Positions 38,467-47,268 of a stretch of 64,000 nt of DNA are shown piece by piece. Made by a program: the position numbers and the translations under genes. A model generated the notes under the pieces. The model made no database searches, was not told the DNA's origin, and worked only from the letters and a program-made list of their open reading frames with translations. Location of the stretch: contig DATLBS010000009.1 in assembly GCA_035526765.1 (NCBI GenBank), positions 7,570-71,569 of the forward strand, read 5' to 3'. This stretch comes from Thermoplasmatota archaeon. GTDB lineage: Archaea > Thermoplasmatota > E2 > JACPAO01 > JAHFTW01. Within the stretch, counting starts at the first letter, position 1. Every line of letters begins with the position of its first letter.

Positions 38467-39345
38467 GTGCGCTGGCTCCTTGCCGCCGGGACCCTCCTCC
38501 TCTGCCTCCCCATGGCACAGGCGGCCCTGGACCTGTCGGTGGACCTGTCCGCGGGGGAGCTCAAGCCCGGCACCGACCAGGCGACGGCGACGGTGCGCGT
38601 GGGACTGGACTGCCAGCAGGCGCTGCTGCGGGCCCGCGGGACCGCGGATTCGCTGCCCGTGCCCATCAAGACCTCGGGCTCCCCCGCCGTCGTGGTGAGC
38701 GGCAACCCGGTCGTGAACCTCCCCCTGGAGCCCTGCCGCAAAGGGGAGCAGGCCACCGAGGTGTCCGCGGGCTACGCCGTCGGCGTGCTGGCCGGCGCCC
38801 CCGCCAACCGCCCCCTGGGGTTCAACATCACGGCCGAGCTCCCCTCCGACGTCCCCACCCTCGCCACCGCCGAGAGCAAGACCGTGCCGCTCTCCGTGAA
38901 GGCGAAACCCATCGTGCTCGTGGTCGTCGTGCAGGTGCCGCAGGCCCTCCACCTCACCCAGTCCAACCAGACGTTCCTGCTGAGCCTGGCCAACAAGGGC
39001 AACACGCCCGTGCACGTCCGCGTGACCCCTGCCTTCTCCTCGCCCGACGTCCGGTCCTATCCCGCCGAGACGGACCTCGGCACCGAGGCCATCCCCGGGT
39101 CCGGGTCCCCCACCGCCGACCTCAGGTTCTCCCTTGAGGCCCCCACCATGGACAAGCTGCCCGAGTTCACCGGGCACCTCGACATCGTCGCGCACGCCAT
39201 CGAGGGCGGCGCCCCCGACACGCAGGTGCGCGCCGACCAGTTCTTCCGCAACGAGGTGGCACCGCCGAAGTCCTCGCCCGCCTCCCCGCTGGTGCTGGCC
39301 GGCCTTGCGCTGCTGGCCTGCGCCCGCGCGCGCCGCCGCCCTTAA
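38467..39345 (+). CDS. Secreted/surface protein with C-terminal KSSP-TM-RRR anchor
   Basis: Signal peptide ending AQA; beta-rich body; ends KSSPASPLVLAGLALLACARARRRP. Confidence 0.75.
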   Translation: MRWLLAAGTLLLCLPMAQAALDLSVDLSAGELKPGTDQATATVRVGLDCQQALLRARGTADSLPVPIKTSGSPAVVVSGNPVVNLPLEPCRKGEQATEVSAGYAVGVLAGAPANRPLGFNITAELPSDVPTLATAESKTVPLSVKAKPIVLVVVVQVPQALHLTQSNQTFLLSLANKGNTPVHVRVTPAFSSPDVRSYPAETDLGTEAIPGSGSPTADLRFSLEAPTMDKLPEFTGHLDIVAHAIEGGAPDTQVRADQFFRNEVAPPKSSPASPLVLAGLALLACARARRRP

Positions 39346-39370
39346 GGGCAAGGCACGGGTCGCCGGCGCC

Positions 39371-40144
39371 ATGGGACTCCAGGTCGGCATCGTGGGCTGC
39401 GGGGCCATCGGCTCCGAGGTCGCGAGGGCCGCAAGCGCGATGGGCGGCATCGATGCGGTGTGGCTCTTCGACATCGACCCCGACGCCACCCGCCTCCTCG
39501 CCCGGCTGCCCCGCACCAAGGTCGCGCCCACCGCGGCGCACCTCGTGGAGAAGGCGCACCTGGTCATCGAGTGCGCCAACAAGGGGGTCGTGCAGACCGT
39601 CGTGCGGGACGCCCTGGCCGCGGGCAAGAAGACGATGCTGATGACCATCGGGGCGCTGGCCGACGACGCGCTGCGCGCCGAACTCGTGGGCCTTGCGACG
39701 CAGACCGGCGGCAAGATCTACCTGCCCAGTGGCGCCGTCATGGGCGTGGACGGCGTGAAGGCGGCGGCGGAGGCGGACCTGAAGTCCGTGACGTTGGTCA
39801 CGACCAAGCCGCCGGCCGGGCTTGACAAGAAGACGGACCGCTGGACGCTGCTGTTCTCGGGTCCGGCCCGCGAGGCGGTGGAGAAGTTCCCCAAGAACGT
39901 CAACGTCGCCGCCACGCTCTCGCTGGCGGGATTGGGCTTCGACCAGACCCACGTCCAGGTCGCCATCGATCCTCTGGCCACGCGCAACTCGCACAAGGTC
40001 ATCATCGAGGGCACCTTCGGCCGGGCCCGCATCGAGGTGGAGAACCTGCCCAGCCCCGCCAATCCGGCCACCAGCTACCTTGCGTCGTTGTCGGCCATCG
40101 CCTTGCTGCGACGGATCGTGTCTCCCATCGAGATCGGAGCCTAG
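39371..40144 (+). CDS. nadX: L-aspartate dehydrogenase
   Basis: GIVGCGAIG, PSGAVMGVDGV, FSGPAREAVEKFPKNVNVAA, NSHKV, NPATSYLA. Confidence 0.92.
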   Translation: MGLQVGIVGCGAIGSEVARAASAMGGIDAVWLFDIDPDATRLLARLPRTKVAPTAAHLVEKAHLVIECANKGVVQTVVRDALAAGKKTMLMTIGALADDALRAELVGLATQTGGKIYLPSGAVMGVDGVKAAAEADLKSVTLVTTKPPAGLDKKTDRWTLLFSGPAREAVEKFPKNVNVAATLSLAGLGFDQTHVQVAIDPLATRNSHKVIIEGTFGRARIEVENLPSPANPATSYLASLSAIALLRRIVSPIEIGA

Positions 40145-40271
40145 CGCCCCGCTATGTGGGGCCGCAGGCCCCACGACGCAACGTGATCGACCTTCGTTTG
40201 AAGGTCGGGATCGTGTCTCCCATCGAGATCGGAGCCTCCGCCCCGCTATGTGGGGCCGCAGGCCCCACGAC
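40113..40271 (+). repeat. 65/64-bp direct repeat comprising the nadX 3' end plus a GCA-triloop hairpin
   Basis: Copy 1 at 40113-40177, copy 2 at 40208-40271; they differ only around the stop codon (CCTAGCG vs CCTCCG). Confidence 0.92.
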
Positions 40272-40335
40272 AACCCAGGCATTGTCAGGTCCCGTCCAGA
40301 AAGGCAATATATGAACGACCTTCGTGGGAATCGCG

Positions 40336-41256
40336 ATGAGCCGCAAGCTCGCCTTCCTGCCCCTGCTCCTTCTGGCGCTCCTGCCGCTGGGGCAGGCCAA
40401 CGCCCAGGCCCTTGACGACCTGACCCTGACCCTCGGGGCCGTGAAGGGCGTCATCTCGGAGGACAGCCTCGGCGTCGTCCCCTACAAGGGCAACCTGACG
40501 GTGGCCGTCGAGGTGCGGGCAGGCTGCGCTGCCATCGCGCGGGCCGTGGCCGCTGACCCTGAGATCGACCACATCGACGTCGCCGTCGTCAACCCCCCGG
40601 CCTGGATGAACGCTGAGGCCCAAGACATCGAGATGGACCCGAAGGGTTGCATCGGCTCCATCGATGGTTACCAGACCGTCGCGGGCGAGTACAAGATCGG
40701 CCTGGGGCCCGGGGCTCCCGGAATCCTCCCCCAGAGCGTGAACCTGACCGCCAGCCTGGAAGGGGTGGACGACTCCGAGTCCGCCCCAAAGCAGCTCCAG
40801 TTCAAGGTGCAGTTCCACGGCAACTACACCCTGACGCCCAGCGTGCAGTTCCCCCTCAAGGTCACCGGCAACCAGGCCAACTTCACGGTCACCCTGACCA
40901 ACACCGGCAACTCCCGCAACATGATCATGGTCGAGGACATGCATGCCTCCACGGGCGCCTTCTCCGGCCTCGGCTCCGAGGTCTACGACCCGCCGAAGAC
41001 CGTCACGCTGCCCGTCGTGTTCAAGGCCCCCGCCAAGTGCTGGACGAACGCCACCGTGCAGTTCACGACCGCCACCCATTACCTGACGCTCAGCCAGTTG
41101 GCTGGCTCCTACCACGAGGTGCGCCACTACTCGTGGGACTTCACCAACGCCGAGGCGGGCAACTGCAAGGACACCAAGTCCTCCCCGCTGGGCGGCTGGG
41201 TGCTGGTCTCCTCCATCCTGGGCGCCGCCTTCGTGGCCCGCCGCCGACACGTTTAG
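40336..41256 (+). CDS. Secreted/surface protein with C-terminal KSSP-TM-RRR anchor
   Basis: Signal peptide ending ANA; ends KSSPLGGWVLVSSILGAAFVARRRHV. Confidence 0.78.
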   Translation: MSRKLAFLPLLLLALLPLGQANAQALDDLTLTLGAVKGVISEDSLGVVPYKGNLTVAVEVRAGCAAIARAVAADPEIDHIDVAVVNPPAWMNAEAQDIEMDPKGCIGSIDGYQTVAGEYKIGLGPGAPGILPQSVNLTASLEGVDDSESAPKQLQFKVQFHGNYTLTPSVQFPLKVTGNQANFTVTLTNTGNSRNMIMVEDMHASTGAFSGLGSEVYDPPKTVTLPVVFKAPAKCWTNATVQFTTATHYLTLSQLAGSYHEVRHYSWDFTNAEAGNCKDTKSSPLGGWVLVSSILGAAFVARRRHV

Positions 41257-41328
41257 GCGAACGGCCCTGCAGACCTCGGCTACGCGGTCGGTGGATCCGG
41301 CATGCGCCGGAGCCCCTCCTGACCTCGG

Positions 41329-42420
41329 CTACGCCTCGGTCAGGCGGAACATCTCGTCCAGGGTGCGCCTGGCCCCTGCAAGGTCCACCTCGGGGATCTG
41401 CACGACCTGGTCCGCGCGCGGCGCCTGCAGCACCTGCAGGATGCTGGCGAGGCCGGTCTTCTTCATGTGCGGGCACTGCACGCATGCCCCGTAGATGTTG
41501 AGCGCAGGCATCTCGGCGCGCATGCGGTCCGCCGTGCCGCACTCCGTGATGGGCATGATGTCCACGCGGCCGTCGGCCTCGAGCTTGCGCGCGTACTCCA
41601 TCATCTTCTCCGTGGAGCCCACGTAGTCGGCCTCCAAGAGCACCTTGGGGTCGCATTCGGGGTGGGCGAGGATGACCAGCTTGCGGCCCTCGGAGGCGGC
41701 CTGCTGCCGCCAGGCGCGCGCGCTCTCGGCGGTGAACTGGACGTGGACCTCGCACTCGCCTTCGTGGATGTGGACGGTCTTCTCGCCGGCCAGCTCCTTC
41801 TGCAGGTGCGCCCCCATGAAGCGGTCGGGCACGAAGATGAGTTCCTTTCCCGGGAGCCGGCGGGCGATGGCGAGGTAGTTGGCGCTCGTGCAGGTGACGT
41901 CGCAGGCCGCCTTCACGGCGGCCGTCGTGTTCACGTAGCACATCACGGGGACGCCGGGATGCTCCTTCTTGAGGGTGAGGACCTGTTGCGGGGTGATGCC
42001 GTCGGCCAGGCTGCACCCGGCGCCTGGCTCCGGGATGAGGACCGTCTTTCCAGGGTTGAGGATCTTGGCGGTCTCCGCCATGAAGCGGACGCTCGAGAAC
42101 AGGATGGTGCCCTGGGTGGCCGCCATGGCCTTCTTGCTGAGGCCGTAGGAGTCGCCGACCTCGTCGGCCACACCGTACACGATGTCGGGAGTCTGGTAGC
42201 TGTGCGCCAGGATGATGCAGTCGCGCTCGCGCTTGAGGTGGTTGATCTCCAGCGTCAGAGGGGCGATGAGGCGGCACATCTCCAGGCCCCACCGCTGCGG
42301 CTGGGCGATGCGGGATTCCAGCCGGCGGGCCTCCGCCTCGACCTCGGCCGGGGTCCACTTCCGTGCGCAGACGTAGTGGGCGGGGAGGGGGGCGGCGGGG
42401 CGGTCCAGGACAGTGGCCAT
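41329..42420 (-). CDS. nadA: Quinolinate synthase
   Basis: ILAHSYQ, VGDSYGL, RFMAETAKILNP, CSLA, YVNTTA, CEVH, AHPEC, CPHMK. Confidence 0.94.
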   Translation of the reverse strand: MATVLDRPAAPLPAHYVCARKWTPAEVEAEARRLESRIAQPQRWGLEMCRLIAPLTLEINHLKRERDCIILAHSYQTPDIVYGVADEVGDSYGLSKKAMAATQGTILFSSVRFMAETAKILNPGKTVLIPEPGAGCSLADGITPQQVLTLKKEHPGVPVMCYVNTTAAVKAACDVTCTSANYLAIARRLPGKELIFVPDRFMGAHLQKELAGEKTVHIHEGECEVHVQFTAESARAWRQQAASEGRKLVILAHPECDPKVLLEADYVGSTEKMMEYARKLEADGRVDIMPITECGTADRMRAEMPALNIYGACVQCPHMKKTGLASILQVLQAPRADQVVQIPEVDLAGARRTLDEMFRLTEA

Positions 42421-42495
42421 CGAGATTCCAGGGGGGAGCGCGCTCCCATTCCTTGTTCACTTTGACCTTGTACTAAACGGTTCGTGTGACGGCCG

Positions 42496-42807
42496 TCATC
42501 CCGTCCAGGCGGACCACACGGACCACCGGCTTCCTGCAAGGAGGAACCCGAGCCGCACCGCCACGAAGCCCGCCTGCCCCATGAGGACATCCGCCACGAT
42601 GTTGGGCCATGACTCGTACTCGAACAGGCCCTTGCCATTAGGGTCCGGCTTGATGTGGCGCAGCACGGCCTCCAGGGCCTCGTACCCGATCAGGAGGGCC
42701 AGCACCAGCACGAAGGAGTCCAGCAGGAAGCCGAGCGCGACCCCGCTGCTGACATGGACGAGGGTCCACCGGTCGAAGGGAAGCTGGCCGGGGGCGTACA
42801 GCGACAC
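42496..42807 (-). CDS. Small membrane protein (DUF2585-like motif pattern)
   Basis: DRWTLVH...YEALE...ES..N...D charged motifs between TM helices; GTG start inferred. Confidence 0.6.
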   Translation of the reverse strand: MSLYAPGQLPFDRWTLVHVSSGVALGFLLDSFVLVLALLIGYEALEAVLRHIKPDPNGKGLFEYESWPNIVADVLMGQAGFVAVRLGFLLAGSRWSVWSAWTG

Positions 42808-42943
42808 GGGGGGGCCAGGTGGACGCCGCAAAAAGCGTGACCTTGATGGATTTCAGGCCCAGTCCGCCCGGGATTCCTTGCATATAGGCCGTCCGGGACA
42901 ACCTCGGCGAGCAGCTTAGCCCCTCGGCGGACGAACCAAGACC

Positions 42944-43252
42944 ATGGACACCGCAATGACCGTCATCGTCATCGCCGCAGTGGTCGCGCTTGCGACGCTG
43001 GGCGCACTCGCCTTCAGCGCCTCTGCGCGCCGCAGCCGCCTCTTCGAGGGCACCCGCAGGGCCCGCGTCGTGCGCGAACCTGCGACCGTGTACGAGACCC
43101 CCGACGTCGTCGACCGCCCCGTCATCGACCGCCCCATCACCGAGGAGCGCCGCGTCGAGCGCCGCTCCCGCCCCAGCCGCGCCACCCGCTCGCGCCGCTT
43201 CGAGGACGATGAGGATTACGAGGAAGTCGAGACGACCCGCCGCCGCCTCTAG
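42944..43252 (+). CDS. Small single-TM protein with Arg/Glu-rich tail
   Basis: N-terminal TM, CATATAG upstream, pyrimidine-rich tract after stop. Confidence 0.65.
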   Translation: MDTAMTVIVIAAVVALATLGALAFSASARRSRLFEGTRRARVVREPATVYETPDVVDRPVIDRPITEERRVERRSRPSRATRSRRFEDDEDYEEVETTRRRL

Positions 43253-43264
43253 TCCGCGTTCCTG

Positions 43265-43300
43265 CCGGCTTTTCCTCCTTCCTTCCTCCTTAGTTTTTGT
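43265..43300 (+). terminator. Pyrimidine/T-rich tract, possible archaeal intrinsic terminator
   Basis: CTTTTCCTCCTTCCTTCCTCCTTAGTTTTTGT shortly after the 43252 stop. Confidence 0.35.
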
Positions 43301-43434
43301 CCCTGGCCACGCCCCAGGTCCTTTTGGGGTCTGTTCACGGTCCGGAGACCTCAGGAAGCCCCAGTCCCACCATCCTGGGCAAGCTTCGGTGCACCGGCGG
43401 CCTCATGTGAGGCATGCAGGTCGGCGCTTCGCCG

Positions 43435-45405
43435 ATGAGCTTCGAGATCATGGACCGGGCCGCCGCGGGCCGCCTGGGAAGGTTCACGACCCCCCACGGC
43501 AAGGTCACGACCCCCACCCTGATGCCCGTGGTGAACCCCAACCTTCCCCTGGTGCGGCCGCAGGAGATGAAGGAACTCTTCGGCGCCGAGATGGTGATCA
43601 CCAACTCCTACGTGGCGCACAAGCACGACGCCCTGCGGACCCAGGCCCTGGCCGAAGGCATCCACAAGGTCATCGGCTGGGAGGGCGCCCTCATGACCGA
43701 CTCCGGCACGTTCCAGATGTACGTCTACGGCGACGTGCAGGTGGGCGCGGACGAGATCGTGCAGTTCCAGCGTGATGTCGGCGTCGACGTGGCCACCTGC
43801 CTCGACCTCTTCGTGACCCCTGACATGACCCGCGCACAAGCCGAGGAGGCCGTGCGGACCACCATCGAGCGGACCCGCTCAGCCGTGGCCCACAAGGGCA
43901 AGAGCCTGCTCAACGCCACTGTGCAGGGCGGCATCCACCTCGACCTGCGCAAGGCCTGCGCCCAGGCCTACCGCAGCCTCGACATCGACTACCACACGAT
44001 CGGTGGCGTGGTCCCCGTCATGGAGCGCCAGATGTACCCCGACCTCGTGGAGATGATCCTGTGGTCGCAGGCGGGCCTGCGCAAGGACCGGCCCGTCCAC
44101 CTCTTCGGCGCGGGGCATCCCCTCGTGTTCCCGCTGGCGACAGCCCTGGGCTGCGACCTATTCGACTCCTCCTCCTACGCCAAGTACGCCAAGGACGGCC
44201 GCATGATGTTCGAGTGGGGCACCGCGCACCTGTCCGAGCTCGTGGAGGTCCCCTGCTCGTGTCCTCCCTGCGCACGGCATGGCGCCGACGGCCTGAAGGC
44301 CCTCCCCCCGCGGGACAAGGAACGCGCCCTCGCCGAGCACAACCTCTACGTCTCCTTCCAGGACCTGCGCCGCATCCGCACCGCCATCCGCGAAGGCAAC
44401 CTCTGGGAGCTCGTGGAGCAGCGCGCGGCCTGCCACCCCATGCTGGCCGCCGCCACGAAGAGGCTCGGCGACCCCGCCTACCAAGGGTGGCTGGAGGAGC
44501 GCGAACCGGTCTCCGGCACGCGGGCCCTGCGCTACACGGGCGCCCTCACGCACAACCGCCCCATCTTCCGCCGCATCGCGGAGCGCCTGCGGGCCCGCGT
44601 CGTGCCGCAGGGGGAGCCCGTAGAGGTCGAGGCGGATGGCCCGTACGCCGCCAAGGGCGACATGAAGAGGGAGCTCGGCCTCCACAAGGAGCCGGACAAC
44701 AAGCCCTACGGCGGCCGCCTCGGCAATCTCGACGCCGGCATGGACCACGCGGTCATCTGCGCCCTCGGCCCCGTGCCCCTGGGCCTCGATGAAGCCTACC
44801 CGTTCGCGCAATCGGTCCTGCCCCGTCTCGACGGCCTCGACCGCGGCCACATGGGGTGGGTCGGGCAGGCGAAGGACCGTTTCCTCGAGGCGCACGGCTT
44901 CGTCCCCGCCATCCCGGGCGGCCCGGGACCCGGCGGGAAAGTGGACCTCGACGTGCTGCGCATCACGCGCACGGCGGATTGGCAGTTCGGGGCTGGCGCC
45001 GGAGCCGCCCTCACGCAGGGAGCGCTGCGGATCGAGAAATCGGCCAACACCGACAAGGTGCGGACCGTGCACCTCGATGGCGCCCACATCCTGAGCCTGC
45101 GCGCCGGCGACGGGTTCTGGACCCTCAAGGCCGCGGGGGCCGCAGCCCTCCACAAGGCGCTGCCCTCCCCCGCCAACCGGGTCGTCGTGAAGGCCGACAG
45201 CGTCCCGTTCAACCGCGTGGGGAAATCCGTCTTCAGCCAGTTCGTGCTCGCATGCGACCCTGGGCTGCGGCCTGGGGACGAATGCCTCGTCGTGGATGAG
45301 AAGGACGCCCTGGTCGCCGTGGGGCAGGTGCTGCTGAACGCGGAGGAGATGGCTGATTTCCAGAAGGGGATGGCCGTGAAGGTGCGGGAAGGGATCGCCG
45401 CGTAG
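43435..45405 (+). CDS. tgtA: Archaeosine tRNA-guanine(15) transglycosylase with C-terminal PUA domain
   Basis: TPTLMPVVNP, ITNSY, MTDSGTFQ, HLFGAGHP, DLFDSSSY, Zn site CSCPPC..H, PUA-like GKSVFSQFV..DECLVVD. Confidence 0.93.
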   Translation: MSFEIMDRAAAGRLGRFTTPHGKVTTPTLMPVVNPNLPLVRPQEMKELFGAEMVITNSYVAHKHDALRTQALAEGIHKVIGWEGALMTDSGTFQMYVYGDVQVGADEIVQFQRDVGVDVATCLDLFVTPDMTRAQAEEAVRTTIERTRSAVAHKGKSLLNATVQGGIHLDLRKACAQAYRSLDIDYHTIGGVVPVMERQMYPDLVEMILWSQAGLRKDRPVHLFGAGHPLVFPLATALGCDLFDSSSYAKYAKDGRMMFEWGTAHLSELVEVPCSCPPCARHGADGLKALPPRDKERALAEHNLYVSFQDLRRIRTAIREGNLWELVEQRAACHPMLAAATKRLGDPAYQGWLEEREPVSGTRALRYTGALTHNRPIFRRIAERLRARVVPQGEPVEVEADGPYAAKGDMKRELGLHKEPDNKPYGGRLGNLDAGMDHAVICALGPVPLGLDEAYPFAQSVLPRLDGLDRGHMGWVGQAKDRFLEAHGFVPAIPGGPGPGGKVDLDVLRITRTADWQFGAGAGAALTQGALRIEKSANTDKVRTVHLDGAHILSLRAGDGFWTLKAAGAAALHKALPSPANRVVVKADSVPFNRVGKSVFSQFVLACDPGLRPGDECLVVDEKDALVAVGQVLLNAEEMADFQKGMAVKVREGIAA

Positions 45406-45424
45406 GGGAGCGCGAACGAGCCCT

Positions 45425-45700
45425 CCCCTGAACCACAGATGGCACCGATGGGGCGGATGCCGTCATTGGTTCCATCGCGTCGAGTGTCCTTGGGACGTGC
45501 GTTCTCCAAATCCACCCGGTCGTGCGTTCGACCCATCGGTCTGTCGCAAAACCGCAGCCAGTCAGACGCTGCCGTGGCGCCGACGCCGGAGTCCAGGACA
45601 ACGTGTTGGAAGGGCAAGCGATGGAATGGGGCGCGCGAAGCGCGCCCGCCACAACCCCCAATGCCCTAGGGCAATCTCCGCGTGTTCCGCGCATCCGCGC
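45425..45700 (+). repeat. Mosaic intergenic element between convergent genes
   Basis: GAACCACAGATGGCACCGAT; TCGACCCATCGGTCTGTCG 45528-45546; GTGGCGCCGACGCCGG 45574; GGGCGCGC-GAA-GCGCGCCC 45629-45647. Confidence 0.9.
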
Positions 45701-45772
45701 GAGCCTGGGGCTGGCTCCGTGCCGACGGCCTCCCTGAATTCGACGTTTTTTCGCTTGCTCGGGAACCGGCCC

Positions 45773-46897
45773 TCAGCTCGACGCCTTGCCCGGCCCGGCT
45801 TCGTCTTCCTTCGCCTCGCGTTGCAGCCGGGTCTCCGCCACGAAGGCCTTGGCCTCCGTGTGCCAAGCCTTCGCCTCCTCCATCGTGGGGGCGTGCTTGG
45901 GGTCGGCCTCCTCCAGGGCGCGCTGCACGAGCGCGGGGGGGGTCTGGGCAAGGTCGCGGATGCGGGCGACCCCGACCTCGGTGAGCTGCACGGCGGCCTC
46001 GGGCTTGAGGCTTGACAGCCGCAGCAGCCCCGCCACGTTGCGGCAGCGGCCCAGCTGCGAGGCCGGGATGTCGAGCTTCTGGGCCAGCTTCTTCAGGTTC
46101 ACGTGCATGAACTCGAAGCCTCCCTTGATCCCGAGGGCGGTGAGGCGCTTGCGCTGCGCCTCGTCGATCCACCCGAACGACTCGATGCTCACCCGGCTCG
46201 CCTCGCGCTTGCCCATGCGTGCCGCGACGATGCCCACGACCACGAGGAGGACGATGACCACCCAGGGCAGGAGGTCCCACAGGCCGCCGGTGGGCAGCGC
46301 GCTGGCCGTGACCTTGATGATGATGGCCCACGCCACGTTCACGATGGCGCCGACGATGCCCAGCACGACGAGGAGCCGGGGCAGCGGCACCCGCAGGACG
46401 ACCCCGAGCGCCCCCGCGCCCAGCACGCCGGCGCCCTGCACGGGGGCCACCGCGATGATTCCGAGGCCCAGCAGGCCCCAGCGGGCGAGGAAGTGGCGGC
46501 GGCGCCAAGCCATCTGCTCGGCCGCCATGAGGATGTTGCCGATGAAGCGGGCATCGCGAAGGCCCTCGACCGCGCGCCAGGCCAGGGGCACGATGAGGAA
46601 GAGGGTCGCCGCCATGTTGAGCACGCCCATGAGGATGACGAGCCAGAGGCTGAGGTCGACGCGCGGGCCGAAGGCGTAGAAGGCGGCGGCCTGCCCGCCC
46701 GCCACCGTGGTGATGCCGATGAACCACAGCAGGGAAAAGAAGGTGGCGCGGTCGAAGAGGAAGCTGACGACGACGATGGCCGCCATGGCCGCCCAGCACA
46801 CCGCGGAGACGAGGAGGGAGACCCGCAGGACCGGCGGGTACCTCTTGCGGTGGTCCCGCAGGTGGGCCTTGAGGGCTTCGCGGGCCGCCTCCGTCAT
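45773..46897 (-). CDS. Membrane protein (small multidrug export-like) fused to a DUF4332-like helix-hairpin-helix domain
   Basis: About 6 TM with APVQGAGVLGAGALG; C-terminal GWIDEAQRKRLTALGI...LLRLSSLKPEAAVQLTEVGVARIRDLA. Confidence 0.65.
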   Translation of the reverse strand: MTEAAREALKAHLRDHRKRYPPVLRVSLLVSAVCWAAMAAIVVVSFLFDRATFFSLLWFIGITTVAGGQAAAFYAFGPRVDLSLWLVILMGVLNMAATLFLIVPLAWRAVEGLRDARFIGNILMAAEQMAWRRRHFLARWGLLGLGIIAVAPVQGAGVLGAGALGVVLRVPLPRLLVVLGIVGAIVNVAWAIIIKVTASALPTGGLWDLLPWVVIVLLVVVGIVAARMGKREASRVSIESFGWIDEAQRKRLTALGIKGGFEFMHVNLKKLAQKLDIPASQLGRCRNVAGLLRLSSLKPEAAVQLTEVGVARIRDLAQTPPALVQRALEEADPKHAPTMEEAKAWHTEAKAFVAETRLQREAKEDEAGPGKASS

Positions 46898-47096
46898 GGC
46901 CCGCCCTCCGTCCGGCCGCGCAGGGGAGGGCATCGGTCCCCGCAGGCACGGCCACGCCTTAAGGCGCTGCACTCCCCGAACCTGGCTGGGGTGCGCGCGG
47001 AGCCTCGACGCGAAACGAGGGCCCCCGCAGGCCCGCATCGACCCACAAACCCGTCACGTGAAGCCTCGGGAAGGGAACTTCCTTGGAGGCAGGGGC

Positions 47097-47117
47097 TTCC
47101 ACGCGAAATGAAGGGGT
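47097..47117 (+). promoter_or_regulatory. Origin recognition box (ORB)-like Orc1/Cdc6 binding site
   Basis: TTCCACGCGAAATGAAGGGGT fits the euryarchaeal ORB pattern TTCCAnnnGAAAnnnnGGGGT; about 150 nt upstream of cdc6. Confidence 0.65.
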
Positions 47118-47268
47118 CAACAGGAACGAGGCAGGCCGGGGGCGAACCTATATTTCCCCTGGCCACTTCGGTCGAAATCCCGCTTCGTGCAGGACCGATG
47201 CAACCCATGGAACCGCTGGGAGGCGGACTTCATGGCTGGCCGCGCGAATCGAGGATGGGAGGCTCCAG

